Assembly: GCA_022749895.1 (NCBI GenBank)
Contig: JAKIWS010000002.1
Span: 24,387-88,386 of the forward strand
DNA from: Thermoplasmata archaeon
Lineage (GTDB): Archaea; Thermoplasmatota; Thermoplasmata; Lutacidiplasmatales; UBA184
Length of the DNA: 64,000 nt
Direction of reading: 5' to 3'
Shown: piece after piece, positions 1 through 7,461 of the stretch
Numbering within the stretch: position 1 is the stretch's first letter
Layout: each line of letters begins with the position of its first letter
Position numbers and translations under genes: made by a program
The notes under the pieces: model-generated
What the model saw: only the letters and a program-made list of their open reading frames with translations
Databases searched by the model: none
What the model was told of the DNA's origin: nothing

Positions 1-380
1 CGGGGACGCCGTCCGGAGCGCAGAGCTTCACGGTGATCGTCTACTTCGTCGGCCCGACCTGCGATGGTGTCTGCGACGCGATCACGTCGTTCTCCGTGAA
101 CGTCAATCCGTCCCCTCCCGCCCTGGGCTACGTCCTGGGCAACGGGAGCGGTTTGACCGTTGGGTGGCTCATCCTGCTCATCCTCCTCGTGCTCGCGGTG
201 CTCGTGGGCCTATGGCTGCACAAGCGCGGCAACCGCCCGATGATGATGAAACCGGAGAAGTCGCACGACGGGGCCACCACGAGCGGGGAACCGGCCCAGT
301 GGAAGGAGGGAACCCCGGGCGCCGGCAACAACCCGCCGCCGCCCCTCCCGCCGCCGTCCCCGCCGGGCGAGTCGCCGTAG
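1..380 (+). CDS. Cell-surface protein, C-terminal fragment (gene begins upstream of window): last beta-rich domain, one TM anchor, Pro-rich cytoplasmic tail
   Basis: The frame of ORF 33..380 stays open back to base 3 (GTPSGAQSFTV-IVYFVGPTCDGVC...). The hydrophobic span GWLILLILLVLAVLVGLWL is followed by HKRGNR and a tail ending PPPPLPPPSPPGESP. The anchor layout matches 4670..6385. Confidence 0.5.
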   Translation, partial: GTPSGAQSFTVIVYFVGPTCDGVCDAITSFSVNVNPSPPALGYVLGNGSGLTVGWLILLILLVLAVLVGLWLHKRGNRPMMMKPEKSHDGATTSGEPAQWKEGTPGAGNNPPPPLPPPSPPGESP

Positions 381-405
381 GCCCCTCGGGGCCCCTTCCC
401 GGGCC

Positions 406-1392
406 CTAGCGCACGAGCGGGCCCAGCGCCCGCACCGAGCCGAGCACGTGGGCCAGCGGCAACCCGCCAAAGTCGAAGATGCCGAGGATCTCGTCGACCC
501 CGACCTTCCGGAACGCCTCGAGCCGGGTCGCGACCTCCTCGGCGCTCCCGAACAGCGCGAAGCCGCTCGCCTCGATGGCGGAGGCATGGGCGTGCTGGGG
601 GTCGCGTTTGACCTTGTCCTGATAGAAGCTGCTCTGCGTCGCGAGCCGGCTATCGAGGTAGCGCTGCAGCGCGGCCCGCGCCTCCCCGGGGTCGGGGCCG
701 GCGTACAGGTGGAGCGCGACGGCGACTTCCGCCGTGACCCCGGAGGGCAGGTGGCGGCGGAACTCCCGGATCTCCTCGCCGAGCTCCTGGATCGTCTGCA
801 CCGTCGCGTACGGCACGAGCGCGATGTTCGTCCCCCGTCGAGCGACGAACGGGATCGCCTCCCTCCGCTGGACGGCGACCCAGATCGGCGGATGCGGGCT
901 CTGCCGCGGTCGCACGTTCAGCCGGACGGTGCCGCCGTGCGGTCCCTCCACCCGGATCTCTTCGCCGTGCCACGCGGCGAGGACCGTTGCGAGCGCCCCA
1001 TCGAACTTCTCCCGTTTCGTCGCCGGGTCGACGCCGAATCCCTCCATCTCGAGCGGGATGTACCCGCTCCCCGCGCCGAAGTTGAACCGTCCGCGCACGA
1101 GCTGGTCGACCATCGCGTACTGTTCCGCGACCTCGACCGGGTTGTGGAACGGGAGCACGCTCACGAGGACGCCGAGGCGCAGCCGCATCGTCCGCATCCC
1201 CACGGCGGCGAGGAGGACGGCGGGGGACGGGCACGTCCCCCCCGCGTGGAAATGGTGCTCGGCGATCCACAGGGCCGCGAGCCCCGCCGCTTCGCAGCCC
1301 TCCGCGAGCTCCAGGACCTCGCCGTACCGCTCGCGCCGCCCGTTGACCCCGGGTGGGTAGGCGTCGACGATTGTGAACGCGCTCAGCTTCAC
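406..1392 (-). CDS. LLM-class (luciferase-like) flavin-dependent oxidoreductase
   Basis: ORF 406..1455 carries family-typical strings ALWIAEHHF, LPFHNPVEVAEQ and GRFNFGAGSGY. I trimmed the start to the in-frame GTG at 1392 (VKLSAFTIVD) because the ATG at 1455 overlaps the divergent ATG at 1454. A start at 1455 remains possible. Confidence 0.8.
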   Translation of the reverse strand: MKLSAFTIVDAYPPGVNGRRERYGEVLELAEGCEAAGLAALWIAEHHFHAGGTCPSPAVLLAAVGMRTMRLRLGVLVSVLPFHNPVEVAEQYAMVDQLVRGRFNFGAGSGYIPLEMEGFGVDPATKREKFDGALATVLAAWHGEEIRVEGPHGGTVRLNVRPRQSPHPPIWVAVQRREAIPFVARRGTNIALVPYATVQTIQELGEEIREFRRHLPSGVTAEVAVALHLYAGPDPGEARAALQRYLDSRLATQSSFYQDKVKRDPQHAHASAIEASGFALFGSAEEVATRLEAFRKVGVDEILGIFDFGGLPLAHVLGSVRALGPLVR

Positions 1393-1453
1393 GGGCCCGT
1401 CAGGCAAGCCGACCCTACAAGAAGGTACGCGGTTCTGCCGGTCACTACAGGAC

Positions 1454-2197
1454 ATGGCCTCGCGACCTACTCGCCCCTCGTCCGGCGCCGAGATCGACGG
1501 CGTGCCCCTTCGTCCCGGCCTGGTCGACGGTCACCTTGCCGTCCGCGGATCGACGCCGCACGGAGGGATCCTGTACGTGCCGCGCACCGCCTCCGTCCCC
1601 CCCGTGGCGCCGGGGGTCACCGGATGGGTGTTCGAGCTCCCCGACGGCGCCGCGGTTCCCGTCGCGCCACGCATCGCCGCGATCGGCGGGATCGACTCCG
1701 ACCTGGTCCGCGACGGCGATCGCGTGCGTCTCGATGGGAGCCGCGGCGTCCTCACGCTCCAGGATGCCGTGCGCCGCGACGTAGTGAGTGTCTTCCTGCA
1801 GCGCCACGACGGGCGCATCCTGATCCTGTTGCGCTCGGACCGTGTCGGCAGCTTCCGACGGCACTGGGCGGGGGTCTCCGGCTTCCTGGAGGAGGCTTCC
1901 CCGGAGGCCCAGGCGTACAAGGAGGTCCTCGAAGAGACCGGGATTGCGGCGGAGGCGCTGACCTTGGCCGCCCGCGGGCGCCTCGTCTTCGCGCGCGACG
2001 GCGACCGCGTCTTCGCCATCCATCCGTTCCGATTCCGCGTGGCGGACGTCGACGTGCGGCTCGACTGGGAACACACCGCGCACGCGTGGGTGAGCCCGAA
2101 GGAGCTCGGCCGACGGACGATCGTGCCGAAACTCGACCGCGTCTGGGAGGGGGTGGCGCCGGTCGCCGACCTCGAGCCCACCAACGGAAACGATTAA
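1454..2197 (+). CDS. NUDIX-family hydrolase with an N-terminal PEP-utilizer swivel-like domain
   Basis: ORF 1373..2197, first ATG at 1454. The C-terminal half has a Nudix-box-like GFLEEASPEAQAYKEVLEETGI, where KEVLEETGI fits REUxEExGU with R>K. The N-terminal ~110 aa (GILYVPRTASVPP...LVRDGDRVRLDGSRGVLTL) resembles the mobile domain of PEP-utilizing enzymes. Confidence 0.7.
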   Translation: MASRPTRPSSGAEIDGVPLRPGLVDGHLAVRGSTPHGGILYVPRTASVPPVAPGVTGWVFELPDGAAVPVAPRIAAIGGIDSDLVRDGDRVRLDGSRGVLTLQDAVRRDVVSVFLQRHDGRILILLRSDRVGSFRRHWAGVSGFLEEASPEAQAYKEVLEETGIAAEALTLAARGRLVFARDGDRVFAIHPFRFRVADVDVRLDWEHTAHAWVSPKELGRRTIVPKLDRVWEGVAPVADLEPTNGND

Positions 2198-2224
2198 CCC
2201 ACGGCCCACGGTCCATCGGTCCGT

Positions 2225-2298
2225 GGGCTGGTAGATCAGTCCGGAAGATCGCCGGTTTTGCAAACCGGAGGCCTCGGGTTCAAATCCCGACCAGTCCA
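2225..2298 (+). tRNA. tRNA-Ala (anticodon UGC)
   Basis: Hand-folded cloverleaf. The acceptor GGGCUGG/CCAGUCC includes the G3:U70 Ala identity pair. The anticodon stem is CCGGU/ACCGG with loop UUUGCAA, and the T arm is UCGGG-UUCAAAU-CCCGA. Discriminator is A and there is no encoded CCA. It lies 27 nt after the NUDIX stop. Confidence 0.9.
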
Positions 2299-2611
2299 CC
2301 TCCCCGATGGGCCGGATTCCCACCCCGACGCGGGCACCTTCGGCGACCCCCCGACCACCCGGATTGGGAATGTCGAGGCACAAATCCGAGAGGGGGTAGG
2401 GTGGCAACGCGCGGGGAGCGATGCGGGTCACTTTGGCGAGTATCCAGTGTTCTCCCGACGGGGCCCGCTCGGCCGACCGGCCGCGATCGGTGGGTGGTTC
2501 GTGCCCGCCGCCGCGGGCCGTTCCCCCGCACTCGGCTCGGGGCATCGGACGGTCCCCCTCGGTCGGTGTCAGCGTTGAGAATCGACGGCCCGAACGAGTA
2601 GCCTGCGCGGG

Positions 2612-3022
2612 GTGCTGAACGTGGAGGCTCCCCCACCGTCGTCCGATGCCCCGCTCTCCCCACCGCCCCGCGATCGCAGGGAACGGATCCTGGACGCGCT
2701 CGGGGACCCCGTCGCCCGGCTGATCATCCTCATGCTCAACGAAACGCCCCACTCCGCCCAGGACCTGCTCAACGCGAACCACATCCCGCAGAGCACGCTC
2801 TACCGCCGGCTCCACGAGCTCGAGCTCCTGGGCGTCGTGGCGGTGCAGCGGACCGTCATCACCGGCGACGGGAAACGTGTCGACCTCTACCGCAGCCTGC
2901 TCGAAGAGTTCAAGGTCGAACTGCGCTCGTCTCGGCTTGAAGTGACGGTGAAGTACCGCGACCTCAAGGCGGAACGCGTCCGCGAGCTGTGGGGCGCGGT
3001 CCGGAGCGAGGCCGGCCGATGA
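2612..3022 (+). CDS. ArsR-type winged helix-turn-helix transcriptional regulator
   Basis: ORF 2612..3022 (GTG start). The segment RILDALGDPVARLIILMLNETPHSAQDLLNANHIPQSTLYRRLHELELLGVV is a typical ArsR/wHTH layout. Its stop overlaps the next start (ATGA at 3019-3022). Confidence 0.7.
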   Translation: MLNVEAPPPSSDAPLSPPPRDRRERILDALGDPVARLIILMLNETPHSAQDLLNANHIPQSTLYRRLHELELLGVVAVQRTVITGDGKRVDLYRSLLEEFKVELRSSRLEVTVKYRDLKAERVRELWGAVRSEAGR

Positions 3023-3306
3023 TCGAGCTCGCGCCGCTCACGCCGATGCTGCTCGTCTGGGCGCCGGTGCTCGCGCTCGGGGTCTTGGTCTCCTTCTACA
3101 CGTTCCGGGCGTGGCGGAAGGAGCATTCGCGGGCAATGCTGGCGCTCGGCTCCGGATTCCTCCTCCTCTCGATCGTCCCGGGGACGCTCTGGTTCGGCTT
3201 GTACCTCTCGACCGACGATGCGTTCATGGCGGAGTTGGGATGCGCGGCGGTGATGGCCGGCGGTTTCGCGGCGATCGTCTACGCGTTGCGGACCCGGTTC
3301 GCCTGA
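3019..3306 (+). CDS. Small integral membrane protein (3 predicted TM helices), translationally coupled to the ArsR-like gene
   Basis: ATG at 3019 inside ORF 2989..3306. Three hydrophobic spans are visible: LTPMLLVWAPVLALGVLVSFY, MLALGSGFLLLSIVPGTLWFGLYL and AAVMAGGFAAIVYAL. Confidence 0.55.
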   Translation: MIELAPLTPMLLVWAPVLALGVLVSFYTFRAWRKEHSRAMLALGSGFLLLSIVPGTLWFGLYLSTDDAFMAELGCAAVMAGGFAAIVYALRTRFA

Positions 3307-3316
3307 CGCCCACCGC

Positions 3317-4129
3317 TCACACGCGTTCCCCCGGAACGATCGCACCGAGCGGGCGGTCGACCGCCTGGTACAGCGCTCGAATGTTGTCGCCGAGCTCGAG
3401 GCGGCGCATAGGTCCGAGGTTCAACAGACGGACCCCGAGCCGGCCCCGGAGCGTGGGCCGGGGAGATGGGAGCTGCTGGACGACCTGCTGGCGGATGGGG
3501 CGGTATCGTTCGGAAGTAAGAATGATCTCGAGCTCGCGGCGCGTGTACTCGATCACGTGGCCGTTCACTTCCCCGGGGAGTCGGGGATAGCGCCGGGAAT
3601 CCTTGATCGAATGACCGAGCAGCAGCTTGCCGCGGTTGGTCAGGCGCGATTGATTGGGCGTGGTGATCAGCACGTGCCCCCCGGGGACGAGATGATCGTG
3701 CAGTTCCCGGAGCAGGAAGAGCGGGTTTCCGGTCAGGTGCTCGACGACCTCGACGAGGAGGATCAGGTCGTAGTCGCGCGGCAGCGCGGCCAGCCCGTCG
3801 AGCGCCCCAAGGTCCACCGTGTGGTGGGCGACGAGCCCGTAGCGCGCCCCCACCTCGAGCCATTGCGGGGGCGCGGCGCCCACCTCTGCCAGATGGTACG
3901 ACCCGCCGAACGCCGCATGCAGCGCGACCGCGAGGCTTCCAACGCCCCCTCCGAGGTCGAGGACCTTGCGGGTCGACAGGGGCGCGAGCGGGGCGAGGAA
4001 CTCGACGATCGACGCGTACCGGCGGGCCTGGAACCGAAGGTACGGTAACTGGCCTTCCGGGATCCCGAGCTCCGACCAGAACGCCGGGAGCGGGTCGGTC
4101 GGGGGATGGAAGGCCCGCGTTCCGTCCAT
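3317..4129 (-). CDS. Class I SAM-dependent methyltransferase
   Basis: ORF 3317..4129. Motif I is VLDLGGGVGSLAVAL. Post-motif strings DLILLVEVVEHL and LVPGGHVLITTPN are also present. Confidence 0.8.
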   Translation of the reverse strand: MDGTRAFHPPTDPLPAFWSELGIPEGQLPYLRFQARRYASIVEFLAPLAPLSTRKVLDLGGGVGSLAVALHAAFGGSYHLAEVGAAPPQWLEVGARYGLVAHHTVDLGALDGLAALPRDYDLILLVEVVEHLTGNPLFLLRELHDHLVPGGHVLITTPNQSRLTNRGKLLLGHSIKDSRRYPRLPGEVNGHVIEYTRRELEIILTSERYRPIRQQVVQQLPSPRPTLRGRLGVRLLNLGPMRRLELGDNIRALYQAVDRPLGAIVPGERV

Positions 4130-4210
4130 GCTCGACCGGCCGGGCGCCCGGCGGGAGATGGCGGCCGTTATCTAACCATGTGCGCGGAGCGCGCGCGCTC
4201 GCGCGGGCGG

Positions 4211-4225
4211 AAAAGACTATTATCC
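4211..4225 (+). promoter_or_regulatory. TATA-like box (AAAAGACTATTATCC) about 27-29 nt upstream of GTG 4249
   Basis: This is the only AT-rich patch in the intergenic region. The spacing matches other putative leaderless starts in this window. Confidence 0.4.
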
Positions 4226-4248
4226 GGGCGGCGGGCACCAACGCCACC

Positions 4249-4704
4249 GTGTTCGACGAGCCGGACCCGATCCTGATCCAGGTCACGGTGCAGTTGCCCC
4301 CGGCGTTCATCCTGGCGGGGTTCACGGACCCGAAGCATCTCACGCAATGGCTCTGCGCGGAGGCCGACGTGGAGCCGCGCGTCGGAGGACGTTACGACCT
4401 GACGTTCACGGAGGAGGCCGCCTTCACGAGCCACGGCACGGTGACCCGGCTCACGCCGGACATCGACGTCGGCTTCACGTGGGAAGCTCCCCCCGAGTTC
4501 GCGGCGTTCATGAACGGCCCGCCGCCGGTCACGGGGATCTACGTCCGGCTCCAGGATTCACCGGAAGGCGTCGATGTGACGCTCGAGCACACCGGCTGGA
4601 AGAACGGCGACGGTTGGGGCGAGGCGCGCTCGTGGCATTTCCACCTCTGGGACGACCGGTTGCACCGGTTCAAGGACTACCTCCTGAAGGCGGCGTACGG
4701 CTGA
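4249..4704 (+). CDS. SRPBCC superfamily protein (AHSA1/Aha1-like START fold)
   Basis: ORF 4180..4704. The pattern ILIQVTVQLPPAFILAGFTDPKHLTQWL...VGGRYDLTF...GTVTRLTP...TLEHTGW is typical of AHSA1-type SRPBCC proteins. I placed the start at in-frame GTG 4249, downstream of the TATA-like box. A start at 4180 is possible. Confidence 0.7.
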   Translation: MFDEPDPILIQVTVQLPPAFILAGFTDPKHLTQWLCAEADVEPRVGGRYDLTFTEEAAFTSHGTVTRLTPDIDVGFTWEAPPEFAAFMNGPPPVTGIYVRLQDSPEGVDVTLEHTGWKNGDGWGEARSWHFHLWDDRLHRFKDYLLKAAYG

Positions 4705-6385
4705 CCGATCCCGGATCGGCGGGTCCGGGCGCGACCGGGGTCAGGGGCCCGGCCGGTTCCGGCCTCCGGGCGTACTCTTTGAGCGCCATCGCGGGGACCG
4801 GGCGTCGACGGCGCGACCGGAGATAGACCGCGAACGCGACGACCAGGGCCACGCCGATGAGGAACAGGTACGGCGCGAGCGGGGCCAGCGGATTCGGATG
4901 AGCGTGCGCCGCGCGGACCGTGACCACGACCTGGGTGCTCCCCCATTTGCCCACGCCGGTCACGGTCGCCGTCAACGTGAACGGCGTCGTCGAAGGCCCG
5001 GCGGTGATGTTCACGGTCACCCGCCCGGATCCGTCCGTGACGCCGGCCGGCGGGGCCAGCGCGGCATTCCCCGACGCCGAGAACGCGACGAACGCTCCCG
5101 CAACAGTCGCGCCGCTCCCGTCCTGGGCGCGGAAGGCGAGCTCGACCTGCCCCCCCGGGGCGAGGACCGGCGACGAGGGCGCGGCGGCCAGGAACACCTG
5201 GGCCGGCGGCGTGAGCTCGATCGCCACGACGGCTCGGCCGACGTAGCCAAACAGCGTGACCTGCGCGGTCACCGGGTCGGAGAGGGTCGCCGACACGTTC
5301 GGGGTGAGGAACAGCGTGGTACCTCCGCCGGTCCCGTTCGTCATCGTCGACGCCGGGGTGAACTGTCCGTGCTGGGCGTCGTGGAGGTAGACGGTGACGC
5401 CGGGGAGCGGAGCTCCTCCCACGCTCGTCACGATCACCGTCACTCCGACGGGGACCGTCCCGACGACCTGGGCCGACGCACAGCTCGCGCCGACGCGCAC
5501 CGGCACGGGACCCCCCGTCCAGAGCGCGGTCCCGTTGGTCACGTTCGCGATCTGGCTCCCGGTCTCGAGCTCGCCCGGAGCGAGCGTCGGGTGCTGCAAC
5601 CGCCCCTCGACCCCCCACTGGGCGCTCGGCGCGCCGGTGAAGGTCGTCGTCGCGACGTTCGGAAGGTACCACCCGCCGGCCGCGAGCACCGCCATCGCGA
5701 GCGGCACGGTCACGACGGCGGGCAGGAACGGGGTCGCCGGGAACAGGGCGACCTGCGAGAAGCCGATCGACGCGAGCCACGTTGCGGACGCCGCACCGAA
5801 GTCGAACACGCCCGCGCTCCGGTTGCCCGCGAACAGCGCCCCATCGACGGTCAAGGTCCAATTCGTGCCGTTCGTGCGAACGAGCTGGAAATCGTAGCTC
5901 TCGCCCGGGATGAGGGTCAGCCCCGGCCAGTACGCGAGGTGGACGTTCTGGTCGGTGAGGTTCGTGAACACGGAAAAGAACGGCACCGCCGCGGTCGACG
6001 GATTCTCGAAGAGGCCGAACACGGCCTCGTACGCTCCGATCACCTCCTCGACGCCCAACTGGTACGCGGAGTTCGGGGGGAGCGGCGTCGAGGCAAAGTC
6101 GGTCACGTTGAGCCGGAGACCCGCGTTCGGCACCGCCGCCGGGTCGGAGGTGGTCGTGAGCACGCGACCTTCGCCCCCGACGGCGGGCCGGAGTCCGGAG
6201 TCGAACGTCGGACGCACCGGCCCTCCGTGGAGGGTGCTGGCCGTGACGGCCGGAGCCGGGCCTCCGGAAACCGGAGGTGCGTGCGCGATTTCGCGGAGTG
6301 CGGGCGCGGCGACGCCGCTGACGACGAGCAGCGCCACGCTGAGCACGACGGGCCCGACGAGCGTGACGCCGCGACGACGCCCCAT
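4670..6385 (-). CDS. Cell-surface (glyco)protein: signal/TM, jelly-roll lectin-like region, Ig-like (Big-type) domains, C-terminal TM anchor and Pro-rich tail
   Basis: ORF 4670..6505; the ATG at 6385 gives MGRRRGVTLVGPVVLSVALLVVSGVAAP. There are many NxS/T sequons (NVT, NLT, NGT, NWT, NRS). Beta-rich repeats are visible (VTVIVTSVGGAPLPGVTVYL; TVNITAGPSTTPFTLTATVTG). The C-terminal span YLFLIGVALVVAFAVYL is followed by RSRRRR. Confidence 0.65.
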   Translation of the reverse strand: MGRRRGVTLVGPVVLSVALLVVSGVAAPALREIAHAPPVSGGPAPAVTASTLHGGPVRPTFDSGLRPAVGGEGRVLTTTSDPAAVPNAGLRLNVTDFASTPLPPNSAYQLGVEEVIGAYEAVFGLFENPSTAAVPFFSVFTNLTDQNVHLAYWPGLTLIPGESYDFQLVRTNGTNWTLTVDGALFAGNRSAGVFDFGAASATWLASIGFSQVALFPATPFLPAVVTVPLAMAVLAAGGWYLPNVATTTFTGAPSAQWGVEGRLQHPTLAPGELETGSQIANVTNGTALWTGGPVPVRVGASCASAQVVGTVPVGVTVIVTSVGGAPLPGVTVYLHDAQHGQFTPASTMTNGTGGGTTLFLTPNVSATLSDPVTAQVTLFGYVGRAVVAIELTPPAQVFLAAAPSSPVLAPGGQVELAFRAQDGSGATVAGAFVAFSASGNAALAPPAGVTDGSGRVTVNITAGPSTTPFTLTATVTGVGKWGSTQVVVTVRAAHAHPNPLAPLAPYLFLIGVALVVAFAVYLRSRRRRPVPAMALKEYARRPEPAGPLTPVAPGPADPGSVSRTPPSGGSP

Positions 6386-6456
6386 CCGTCCGACGAGGCG
6401 GGGGACTTCACATGACCATTTGCCCCACCCCCCGCGGGGGGAGGGGACGACCGGTC

Positions 6457-6645
6457 CTACGTCGGCGCGAAACGCGGGCAGGCCGATTCGCCGCAGACCG
6501 CGCACGGACCGGTCGGCTCCAGGCGGAACCCGCCGGGACGTCGTTCCTCGACCGGGGCGACCTTCATGTGGTGCGTGGGAAAATGGCCGCAGCGGCAGCG
6601 CGGGTGTCCCGAGGTCGGCGTCGAGGGCGCCGCCCGCTCGGCCAT
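6457..6645 (-). CDS. Possible small Cys/His-rich (zinc-ribbon-like) protein, 62 aa
   Basis: This is the C-terminal tail of ORF 6457..7401, starting at ATG 6645: MAERAAPSTPTSGHPRCRCGHFPTHHMKVAPVEERRPGGFRLEPTGPCAVCGESACPRFAPT. It lies in the gap between two real genes. Coding status is uncertain in GC-rich DNA. Confidence 0.3.
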   Translation of the reverse strand: MAERAAPSTPTSGHPRCRCGHFPTHHMKVAPVEERRPGGFRLEPTGPCAVCGESACPRFAPT

Positions 6646-6729
6646 CGACCCCGCGACGGGGCCCGCTTCTAAAAAGGTGCGGTGGGGACCGGGGCCAAGC
6701 GGTATCTCGGCCGCGGTGGTCGACCGGCC

Positions 6730-7458
6730 ATGGAGGTCGAAGGCTGCCCGCTGCCCGACGACCTCCGCTACGACCTGGAGAACGAGCTTTGGGTACGCTG
6801 GGACGAAGGGCGTACCCGCGCGACGGTGGGCGTCCTCGCGCCGTTCGCCTCGTTCATCGGCAAGGTCCAGCGCGTCGAATTTCACTCGGCCCCCGGTCCC
6901 GTGGCCAAGGGACGCGGGGTCGCGATGATCGAGACGACGCGCTTCACCGGGGCGCTCCACATGCCGATTGACGGGACCGTCGTCGAAACGAACCCGCTCC
7001 TCGCCGAGCGTCCGAAGTGGATCAACGATTCCCCGTACGACCGGGGCTGGGTCGTTCGCATCACCCCGTCGACGCCCCTCGCGCAGGAGGGGGATGGCCT
7101 CGAAAGCGCCGAGGCGATCCGGGCCCGGCTCGCGGAGCGGATCCGGGCGCGCAAGGTCCGATGCTGGCCCGCGGCCCCGGACGTCGAGCTCATCGAGGTC
7201 GGATCCGAGTGCGCCGCCGTCCTCGCCCGGTTGGATGAGGAGCTCGCCGTGCGGGCGCCCGACGACGTCGTGCTGCTCGTCACCGACGACCCGACGAGCC
7301 CGATCGAACTCGTCCGATGGTCCGACCGGACGGGCGAGACGATCCTCGACCATCGGAAGGAGGGGAGCCTGCACCAGTTCCTGGTGCGGAAGGAGGCCCA
7401 CCCCCAGCCGCGGGGGCGCGACGCGTTCGGCCGGCGGGCGACCGCCGGCCCGCCGTAG
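6730..7458 (+). CDS. GcvH-like (lipoyl-fold, Lys replaced) domain fused to a TusA/SirA-like sulfur-carrier domain
   Basis: ATG 6730 lies inside ORF 6682..7458. The N-terminal half aligns by eye to glycine-cleavage H (LRYDLENELWVR...GVAMIETTRFTGALHMPIDGTVVETN...DPYDRGWVVRI). The C-terminal half (VELIEVGSECAAVLARLDEEL...VVLLVTDDPTSPIELVRWSDRTGETIL...FLVRK) resembles TusA. Confidence 0.55.
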   Translation: MEVEGCPLPDDLRYDLENELWVRWDEGRTRATVGVLAPFASFIGKVQRVEFHSAPGPVAKGRGVAMIETTRFTGALHMPIDGTVVETNPLLAERPKWINDSPYDRGWVVRITPSTPLAQEGDGLESAEAIRARLAERIRARKVRCWPAAPDVELIEVGSECAAVLARLDEELAVRAPDDVVLLVTDDPTSPIELVRWSDRTGETILDHRKEGSLHQFLVRKEAHPQPRGRDAFGRRATAGPP

Positions 7459-7461
7459 CCG

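Noticed and set aside
1453-1456. Back-to-back divergent ATGs (minus 1455, plus 1454) overlapping by 2 nt
   Set aside because: Both are unlikely to be true starts, since each promoter would lie inside the other gene. I resolved this by moving the LLM start to GTG 1392. It is an annotation issue, not a biological feature.
2360-2400. Imperfect copy of the tRNA-Ala T-arm (TCGAGGCACAAATCCGAG versus TCGGGTTCAAATCCCGAC) ~90 nt downstream of the tRNA, considered as an att remnant of an integrated element
   Set aside because: Only about 14 of 18 positions match, with gaps. There is no integrase or foreign-looking gene nearby and no second repeat, so it is probably chance.
448-2601. 717-aa plus-strand ORF spanning the LLM gene (antisense), the NUDIX gene (off-frame) and tRNA-Ala
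   Set aside because: The translation is Arg/Pro/Gly-rich low-complexity sequence with no motif. It overlaps two well-supported genes and a tRNA. It is a typical shadow ORF of GC-rich DNA, where stop codons are rare.
6646-7401. Bulk of the 314-aa minus-strand ORF opposite the GcvH/TusA fusion
   Set aside because: It lies antisense to a gene with two recognisable domains and has no motifs. Only its gap-located C-terminal 62 codons were kept, as a low-confidence candidate.
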